Positions 9,901-15,657 of a DNA stretch of 20,000 nt are shown piece after piece. The DNA comes from an uncultured virus (IMG/VR IMGVR_UViG_3300035698_017129) (taxonomy: Duplodnaviria; Heunggongvirae; Uroviricota; Caudoviricetes), in the IMG/VR virus record IMGVR_UViG_3300035698_017129; one strand, written 5' to 3'. The notes under the pieces are model-generated. The model saw only the letters and a program-made list of their open reading frames with translations. It was not told the origin of the DNA and did no database searches. The translations under genes and the position numbers were made by a program. Position 1 is the first letter of the stretch, and every line of letters begins with the position of its first letter.

Positions 9901-10564
9901 CGCCAAGCTTGCGACCATGAGAGCAGTAGCTGGTGCCGGTGAGATCTGGTATATCGGGAGCTACTACGTGGAAAACACCACGGGGAACGGTAACTCCTCC
10001 GAGGACTCCGAGAGACTCGTAGTGCAGGCCCACTCCGGCCCCATCACCATGAGCCAGACCTGTTGCAATACGCAGCTGCAGGAGTGGCGCATATCCCCCG
10101 GCGCAGATCAAACGACGGTGGACTTGTTTGTCGGCACCATCTCAGGCATGGGCTTGTCGAATGCTCCGCCGGACACCTATAGTATTTTCACGAACGAGGA
10201 GCTCACCATGCTCGGTGGAGGCGCGGCGATAACTTACATCTGCCTCGAAATAACATTCGAGCCCAACTCTGTGGAGGTCCCGTCCGGCGTGGGATACAGG
10301 ATCGCAGACGGCGGAACAATTACCGATACGACCCTAGAGCTCAAGACTGCCGCCACACTGTCTGCTTACACGGCGACAACACCTGTAATCGACGGGACGA
10401 CTGGTGCTGCCACTACGGACGGCGTATTCCTGATCATCATAGGGTCCGCTGTAGGAGGTAGTGTAACAAACACACGCATCGGCGCCCTGACGGTTTACTT
10501 CTGCGCGCCGAATAGCGCAGGCGTCGTGTCGGACGGGAACGACTTCGTCCTCCCAGCCCCGTAA
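6968..10564 (+). CDS. Large acidic Cys-rich repeat protein, putative tail appendage (DUF5977-like repeats)
   Basis: 1198 aa with about 30 Cys by manual count. Recurrent helix-L-x-C-x(10-11)-C units. AGTFSSEIDQADADDQA resembles the DUF5977 core as recalled. A GGGGGG linker precedes beta-rich C-terminal domains. Confidence 0.55.
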   Translation: MSDDNSSTEEEQRLYRERALARGQDADCDPVELVLQPDVDPVAPVAPAEKCDPPEEAQEAEFLPARPLPTADTPPDLLPEPLSVLNRAVSVPCPGSSIALGGSSNPSNVGAGEDEQLVYLDEVEEITQDEVFRLAVHIPALQAHVTSDLLAAIDGADFTAFDAEIVNITQTSPAIAVLIRVDLVAASVRADAVANTIALAGLSCGWLNAELWVTCQVATPGYAIAYSDPAAAVQAGPAAAGTFSSEIDQADADDQAARSLALELTCLVLNNTLEDISCSDVAGMIDETMELPKWPVNWTKAADPVEAARGNQVVTLEAQGAGTWTVADWDDFESNTEAVDLNDLNGQQFMQESQVGSGERRTLRTRSRVDVGDVRTAAATVLEANAIAYNLAVAELDCFVPNRPRVISCISADYGEADVITRSGGLGLSAADVGREVMYAELLGADSAAPGERDNAYLTANYGGPDYERTNQGVVNYGLNPEAADTTIAFEVYVWPGYFSDVDVALVEATAGNHAQGLMQCLWISLKHRSACASTEADRDQTATSTQEDLSSKFSDGDVSDEGAILDTDRSIDTNELPRGFLTQSDYPNKTADPTMVGAYQWPGLPAITQSGLSCLFVSCKTACCEPKPDDRTHKVNGMANYATWGAAVTVPADVGSQVAFIGAWSAALASKTFVACNALEPVGAFTPQSVYDDCGITSPPASSGTNAIADIGPNSGAYGTPARFKYGGILPWGQQWKAPVGNVVPDDGVLPGEVKGCNIIATGSIASDEWGFYHCAEGYAEGYELDGLGAQARQLAIGRLDCTHIAWPRHLVNCPQPNQRGFAAATTIDIITEGTSTREANEQVESLMLPQLKCRDMHNFMLTFNGGGGGGSDGELNLLGPVVANIGGVDACLPAGLSEAILYEDDCETVVDAFAMDADVSSHVFIEVKCCTDLDPVPPEKRMILHVEAADAAIASEIRNVANDSLQRGKWGLPSGRAKLATMRAVAGAGEIWYIGSYYVENTTGNGNSSEDSERLVVQAHSGPITMSQTCCNTQLQEWRISPGADQTTVDLFVGTISGMGLSNAPPDTYSIFTNEELTMLGGGAAITYICLEITFEPNSVEVPSGVGYRIADGGTITDTTLELKTAATLSAYTATTPVIDGTTGAATTDGVFLIIIGSAVGGSVTNTRIGALTVYFCAPNSAGVVSDGNDFVLPAP

Positions 10565-10568
10565 TCGG

Positions 10569-11435
10569 ATGCCTACCTTCATACTGCTCAGCTCAGACAA
10601 TAAATCGACGACACAGTGCGTGTTTTGTTCGGGGCCTCGCGAGTTGTTTACGGAGTTTTTCATTCGCCGCCGGGGGCGTGGTTTGGAGGCTTTTGCAAAC
10701 GCCAAGAAGGTAGATTTGATTGTTACCACCCCTGCTCACGCGGAATCCGGCTGGTATCAGACTGGGACATACGAAGAGACTTGGCAGCTCTGGGACACCC
10801 TCGCGGATCCTCAGGAGGTGGTATCTACCGCGACAGTAGGTTACGATTGGGTGTCGAATGGGCCCAAGGTTGTGTTGACCATCGGCGCTAAGGATGTGGT
10901 CGAGACTCCATTCGACAACCGCGGCTCATCAGGCGTTGGGGAAGAGTGGCGCATCCAGGTATCCGAGCTGAATAGTTTGGCGGACGAGGTGGTGAAGGCT
11001 GACATTGTGAGCGTTGTCTCAGATCTGTCAGCGGAGCCGTGGTTACCGATTGGTGATATTGTTAACAGCCGCGGATCAACTGGCTACGATGCTAACGCTG
11101 GTTACGGTAGATCGCTCGAGGTTGAGTGGCAGCCTTATTCCGTCCCCTACGACTTCGGCGCCGGTACATACGACGTGGTTAAAACGGACCCCGAGTCTGT
11201 CGGGGTGGGGTCCATTGACGGGATATATCAGTTCGGCGACTGGGCGGCAGAAACACCTGTCCCGGAGAGCGTCACCATCCCGTGGGACGCCACCGGCTAC
11301 TTCTGGGACGATACCATTTGGAAGACCCTCGCATTCGCAGAGGACACGGAAGGATGGGCGCAGACGACTAACGACACGGATGAGTTAGATGTATGGGGTT
11401 ACCCCTATGTTTACGCAGATCATTATTCCACATGA
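10569..11435 (+). CDS. Hypothetical Trp/Tyr/Asp-rich protein, probably virion-associated
   Basis: 288-aa ORF starting 4 nt after the preceding stop. Acidic, aromatic and beta-rich composition. Confidence 0.55.
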   Translation: MPTFILLSSDNKSTTQCVFCSGPRELFTEFFIRRRGRGLEAFANAKKVDLIVTTPAHAESGWYQTGTYEETWQLWDTLADPQEVVSTATVGYDWVSNGPKVVLTIGAKDVVETPFDNRGSSGVGEEWRIQVSELNSLADEVVKADIVSVVSDLSAEPWLPIGDIVNSRGSTGYDANAGYGRSLEVEWQPYSVPYDFGAGTYDVVKTDPESVGVGSIDGIYQFGDWAAETPVPESVTIPWDATGYFWDDTIWKTLAFAEDTEGWAQTTNDTDELDVWGYPYVYADHYST

Positions 11436-11438
11436 AAG

Positions 11439-11467
11439 TTGACACCAGGGGCGGCGGGTCTTAGATC
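11439..11467 (+). promoter_or_regulatory. Sigma-70-like promoter TTGACA-N17-TAGATC
   Basis: Perfect -35, 17-bp spacer and a weak -10 (3/6) in a 38-bp intergenic gap. The ATG at 11474 follows the -10 after 6 nt. Confidence 0.55.
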
Positions 11468-11473
11468 TGTAAC

Positions 11474-11860
11474 ATGTCGCTCTTTATCGCAACGCTTCTC
11501 GTAGCCACTTGGACTGCAGCGTGGCTGCACTGGATCTTCAAAGGGGAAATTCGCCAATTTCTATTCGCTTATTTATTTCCAGCGGCCTGGCGGAGCGGGC
11601 GGACACCAGCGGATGTTTTATCGCTCAGCGGTGACGAGATGGAAATGTTCATCGCAGCTGAGTCTGCTGCGCCGGCGTTCGTGCGCGGCGTCCTGGGTTG
11701 CCCGAGTTGCCTTTCCGCTTACGTGTCGGCGGTTGGTGTGGTGCTTGCCAACGTCTGCATAATGCTGCCGTCTCTTGGATTTGTCGGGGCGGTGTGCGCT
11801 ACACCGCTGGTCTGGGCAGGAGGAGCCTGGGCCGGGCATAGATTCCACAGCCGCTTCTAA
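11474..11860 (+). CDS. Small membrane protein with CxxC (DUF1360-like)
   Basis: 128 aa. N-terminal hydrophobic helix, then VLGCPSCLSAYV leading into two further hydrophobic segments, similar to the LxCPxCxSxW signature recalled for DUF1360. Confidence 0.55.
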   Translation: MSLFIATLLVATWTAAWLHWIFKGEIRQFLFAYLFPAAWRSGRTPADVLSLSGDEMEMFIAAESAAPAFVRGVLGCPSCLSAYVSAVGVVLANVCIMLPSLGFVGAVCATPLVWAGGAWAGHRFHSRF

Positions 11861-11865
11861 CTTTT

Positions 11866-12279
11866 ATGCGAATACGAATTTTCAGAGTAGACAAGTCGAC
11901 AGGGGATCGTATCCCGTGGATCATGCTGCTCGACGACGAGCAAGTATTAATCGACGAATACGTCGACACAACGGGCGGATCATTCGTTCCCTCGCGCTCA
12001 AGCATGCATTTAGGTGATAGCCCGGAGAAGCCGGCCCCTGTCAGACCCGAGCGTAAAGTGGCTGTAGCGGTGGCGAGGTGGGCATCTGAGATAATAAAGG
12101 AAAACCCTATCTCCGGGACTGATGCCCTGCGTCTTCAGTATTTCGAGGAACTCAAGGCTCTCAAAGATTCCCACAAGGCGGCAGGCACAGATTGCCCGGG
12201 GTGTGAGCTGTCTGCCTTGATGCGCCGCTACAGGTCTAAACTGGAGCAGGAGGGGAGTATCCTCGATCGCCTGGTATGA
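11866..12279 (+). CDS. Hypothetical protein with C-terminal helix-CxxC-helix motif
   Basis: 137 aa containing LRLQYFEELKALK...DCPGCELSALMRRYRSKL. Confidence 0.6.
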   Translation: MRIRIFRVDKSTGDRIPWIMLLDDEQVLIDEYVDTTGGSFVPSRSSMHLGDSPEKPAPVRPERKVAVAVARWASEIIKENPISGTDALRLQYFEELKALKDSHKAAGTDCPGCELSALMRRYRSKLEQEGSILDRLV

Positions 12280-12443
12280 AACCTCCCAAGCTGCCAGGTA
12301 TGGAAGCGTTCCCGGAGATGGAGAAGAAGTATCGCGCTAAGTATATGGTGGCGGGCCGCGTCAAGAGTTGCGCAGCGTGCGAGCGCTCCAAAGTCGTGAA
12401 GGCATTCCGGATTCAATTAGAGCGGCGACAGCAGGGCGCGTGA
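12276..12443 (+). CDS. Small basic CxxC protein, 55 aa (not in the ORF track)
   Basis: Manual translation: MKPPKLPGMEAFPEMEKKYRAKYMVAGRVKSCAACERSKVVKAFRIQLERRQQGA. It has an ATGA overlap with the upstream gene, fills an otherwise empty gap, and resembles the upstream protein's C-terminal domain. Confidence 0.7.
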   Translation: MKPPKLPGMEAFPEMEKKYRAKYMVAGRVKSCAACERSKVVKAFRIQLERRQQGA

Positions 12444-12468
12444 CAAGAGGCCCAAAAAGTCGTAGGAT
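12440..12468 (+). promoter_or_regulatory. Sigma-70-like promoter GTGACA-N17-TAGGAT upstream of the sigma gene
   Basis: 5/6 -35 match, 17-bp spacer and 4/6 -10 match across a 34-bp gap. The ATG at 12478 is 9 nt after the -10. Confidence 0.5.
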
Positions 12469-12477
12469 AGTCACGCT

Positions 12478-13212
12478 ATGGATCCATCCTTTGAAACCCC
12501 ACCTGCTGCCTTGCCGGATACCACCGAGTCGCTCTACGACAACTGGAAGCTGGACCCATCCCCGGCCAACATGGGACGCGTGGTAAAGTCCATGGACAGC
12601 ACCATCGGTTACAAGCTGTCTTCGATGGGTGTGGGGAACAACCCTCAGATGCGCCACCAGGCCCGCTTGTTCGCCGCTGACGCTGTGCAGAAGTTTGACC
12701 CAGGATCCGGAACAACGCTCAGGACGTGGACGCAGAGCCAGCTCCAGAGCATGCAACGCTTCAAGCGGGAGAACCAGGGGCCGGTAAAAGTTCCCGACCG
12801 CGCCGCCATCGATGCGTGGAGTATCGAGCGGTCCAAGCGGGAGCTGGAGGACGAGACGGGCTTAGAACCAGACGTCAAGCAGCTCGCTGATAGGTCCGGG
12901 TTGTCGGTCAAACGTATCGCCGCAGTGCGGAAGATCACGCGCCCCGTGGCTGCGGAAGCACAAATGTATGAGGACGGCAACGAGCTACCGGACTATCTTG
13001 GTGAGGCGCTCGAGTATGTTTACGACGGATCGGACCGCATCGACAAGAAAATCATCGAGATGACAACAGGCTACGGAGGAACCCCGATGCTCAACAAAAA
13101 GGACATCGCGCTGAAGTTGGGGATCTCCGCATCTCAAGTGACGAGGCGCTCCGACAGAATCGGTATTCAAATCCAGGAAATGGACACGCAGATGGAGGAC
13201 GCATTCTCATGA
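12478..13212 (+). CDS. RNA polymerase sigma-70 family factor (SigF/SigG/FliA-like architecture, regions 2-3-4)
   Basis: AVQKFDPGSGTTLRTW resembles region 2.3. RENQGPVKVP resembles the region 2.4/3.0 junction. ELEDETGLEPDVKQLADRSGLS resembles the region 3 HTH. KKDIALKLGISASQVTR resembles the region 4 HTH. Confidence 0.85.
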   Translation: MDPSFETPPAALPDTTESLYDNWKLDPSPANMGRVVKSMDSTIGYKLSSMGVGNNPQMRHQARLFAADAVQKFDPGSGTTLRTWTQSQLQSMQRFKRENQGPVKVPDRAAIDAWSIERSKRELEDETGLEPDVKQLADRSGLSVKRIAAVRKITRPVAAEAQMYEDGNELPDYLGEALEYVYDGSDRIDKKIIEMTTGYGGTPMLNKKDIALKLGISASQVTRRSDRIGIQIQEMDTQMEDAFS

Positions 13213-13505
13213 GAGCCCACGGTATAGCTGACTTAGACGAGCGGACGCTGGCATTTCAGGAGCACCGCCAGGAAATTCAAGGGCGGATCCCCAAGGGGCC
13301 TTTCGAGTTCGCTGCCGACCTGGACTTCTCCGACATAGAACCGACCGCCACAGACCCACCGGTGGTGCAACGATTTAAGCTGGCTGTGAAACGTGATGCA
13401 AGGTATGCGGTAGCGTCCGCGCCGTATCTGCTTATCTTTGGGATGAGCCAATCCCTGAGATCCATTTACGACGGGGGCGGACAAATTCAAGACGGAGGCG
13501 GATGA
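13209..13505 (+). CDS. Hypothetical protein
   Basis: 98-aa ORF with ATGA overlaps at both ends. Confidence 0.55.
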   Translation: MRAHGIADLDERTLAFQEHRQEIQGRIPKGPFEFAADLDFSDIEPTATDPPVVQRFKLAVKRDARYAVASAPYLLIFGMSQSLRSIYDGGGQIQDGGG

Positions 13506-13906
13506 TGCGAGCACTTAAAATCAATTTCAACGGACCCAACGAGGTCTCGATCGACTGGAACGGAGAGGTCGAGGGCTTATCGTCGCTAGCGCAACGTGCC
13601 GGAGTTGCTGTGATGACGCAGGTCGGCTCGGACAAATTTATACCCAGCCGGGGAACTGCCGTTGCTCGGCGCTTATTCAGCTACGGAGTATTCGACCTCG
13701 TAGGCATGCAGCACACGCTCAACTTCGGCGCACTCAAGGCCCGACGGGACATGCAAGCTTATGAAGAGAACACACGAGCTGACGAAGACCGCACGGCCGC
13801 CGTCCGCATGAGTCTGATCGATGTGTCAGATAATGTGGCCGCTGTCAGTGTCTCCGTCACCAACCAGGCCGGCCAATCAACCCGCGAAATCGTCGAGATC
13901 GTATGA
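13502..13906 (+). CDS. Baseplate wedge / sheath initiator (T4 gp25 / P2 gpW-like)
   Basis: 134 aa. GLSSLAQRAGVAVMTQVGSDKFIPSRGT fits the gp25-family pattern Q...T..GS....P..G[TS]. Immediately upstream of a J-like gene, with GGAGG before the start. Confidence 0.7.
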   Translation: MMRALKINFNGPNEVSIDWNGEVEGLSSLAQRAGVAVMTQVGSDKFIPSRGTAVARRLFSYGVFDLVGMQHTLNFGALKARRDMQAYEENTRADEDRTAAVRMSLIDVSDNVAAVSVSVTNQAGQSTREIVEIV

Positions 13907-15657
13907 ACCTTAGTTTTACCGAAGAATTTTACCCAGATCTGAGCGAGCTGACCGAAGCGCAACTGGCCGAGGCTCGGGCAGAAGTCGTGGCGGTCCTCCA
14001 ACCTTCCATGCCGGACGTGGACCTGTCACCCGGGACACCGACCGGAGACTTTTGTGTGACGCCTCTCGCCGTATACCGCGCTGGGGCTGAGGAGGCCAAT
14101 AACAGGTTGATCAGCGATATGAATCTGGCGAACGTCGCTGATGGGTTGATTTACTCTTGCTCGTTCGTCCAAGCTTACCTGGGGAACTTCGCCGTTTACG
14201 ACGTGGAGAACCTGAAGGCTACGGGGCTGGTGAGGTTGACCTACACCGCCGCTACCGCCCGCGTGATTGCGCGGACCATACGATTCCGGTTCGGGACAAC
14301 GGACGACTGGACCATTAAGGTAGCCGACCCGACAGCGACGGAGATCACCGTATTGGCCCCGGGCAGCTCGCACCCAGGCGACGCCGACACTTACATCCTG
14401 GCTCAGACCTCCGCGACCACCTGGTCTGTGGATATCCCTGTGGAGGGTGTGCTGAGCGCCCCGATCGAGGCTGGGTCTGCTGGAACGTCTACTGAAGTTC
14501 CTGCAGAGTTGGTGGGGATCGCAGCTGCCATCGACTTTCTTTCCGGACTACCGTCCTCCTCGTTGTCTGATCTGGCCAAGATGGCACGCAAGATCGCATT
14601 CTCGCTTACTGCTGGCTCGCGCGCAGCAACGAAGGCCCTCGTCTACCGGAATTGGCCGGAGTCGAACATGGTGTCACCCGTAGTCCCAGGAGACACAGAG
14701 ATGCAGCGTGTGGCTGCCGGCGCTGCTTTGGCACTCCAACCTCCTGCGGTGGACCTCTACTTCAGATCCGCTCGCGATATGCAGCGGGAGACGCAGAACA
14801 TCCGACTGGACTACGTCCTACCTGACGGCGGCGCCGACAAAGTGTTCCGCGGTGTGTTGCCTCTTTTGCACCGTCCATCCCGTATCGTCAGCGTTGAATG
14901 GTCCGGGACCACCACCACAAGCTTAATCACCAGCAAGGTCATTTACAGCAAGACGGACAGAACTGATCTCTACGGTAGCCTGCACTGCGGGACGCGCTAC
15001 GAGTCGCTTTTCGCCGACGTAGTTCCTGTGGTAGACGGCGGCGACCTCCCTCTTATTCCTCGCCTGGATGACGGTAACGGCGGGTTGTATGCGATTTTCA
15101 CGGTCGTCTACGATGCCGACCCTCTCCTGGAGACCGTGTCTTCGCTGTTGGAGTCCCCGGACTACCGCCCTGCTGGCGTTGATGTATTGACCAAGTCCGG
15201 CCCCTTGATTCTGTTGAGCGACATCACTGTGACCTACACCAAGAAGCAAGGCGTGAAGACGACGCTGAGTGTTGCCAGGGAAAAAATAGTCGAATACCTG
15301 CGGACGGCCGGGTCTCCCGATCCTTTCCGCGTCACAGAGATCCACGACATCGTCCGTAACGCAGGGGCCGAGAGCGTGATCTCAGTCGACGTTACCGGTC
15401 TAACTACCGTGTCGGCCGGTGATCGCCTTCTTCGCGACACCGTAGTCGACCCAGGAGACGCAGACATAACGGACAACTGGGCGACCGAGTCGGACGCTTT
15501 CGATACGGACGCCGTCACAACGATTGCCGAGCTCACCGCCCCTAACCACATCGTTGACGGAGAGATATCCGCCGGAATACCTGATGCCTGGGCAGCCACC
15601 ACGCGCACTGTACGCTACGCTGTCGACCCGGAGAACGTGAATTTCGTTGAGACCTGA
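13903..15657 (+). CDS. Baseplate J-like wedge protein (T4 gp6 / P2 gpJ family)
   Basis: 584 aa. N-terminal PDVDLSPGTPTGDFCVTPLA, then KATGLVRLTY and VVPGDTEMQR...AVDLY, all typical of J-like proteins. Follows the gp25-like gene. Confidence 0.75.
   Translation: MNLSFTEEFYPDLSELTEAQLAEARAEVVAVLQPSMPDVDLSPGTPTGDFCVTPLAVYRAGAEEANNRLISDMNLANVADGLIYSCSFVQAYLGNFAVYDVENLKATGLVRLTYTAATARVIARTIRFRFGTTDDWTIKVADPTATEITVLAPGSSHPGDADTYILAQTSATTWSVDIPVEGVLSAPIEAGSAGTSTEVPAELVGIAAAIDFLSGLPSSSLSDLAKMARKIAFSLTAGSRAATKALVYRNWPESNMVSPVVPGDTEMQRVAAGAALALQPPAVDLYFRSARDMQRETQNIRLDYVLPDGGADKVFRGVLPLLHRPSRIVSVEWSGTTTTSLITSKVIYSKTDRTDLYGSLHCGTRYESLFADVVPVVDGGDLPLIPRLDDGNGGLYAIFTVVYDADPLLETVSSLLESPDYRPAGVDVLTKSGPLILLSDITVTYTKKQGVKTTLSVAREKIVEYLRTAGSPDPFRVTEIHDIVRNAGAESVISVDVTGLTTVSAGDRLLRDTVVDPGDADITDNWATESDAFDTDAVTTIAELTAPNHIVDGEISAGIPDAWAATTRTVRYAVDPENVNFVET

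Noticed and set aside
11866..12443. Classical zinc-binding anti-sigma (ZAS) factor next to the sigma gene
   Set aside because: Neither protein has the HxxxCxxC motif (the 137-aa protein has H-x6-CxxC), and the sigma is not ECF-type. Retained only as a loose alternative.
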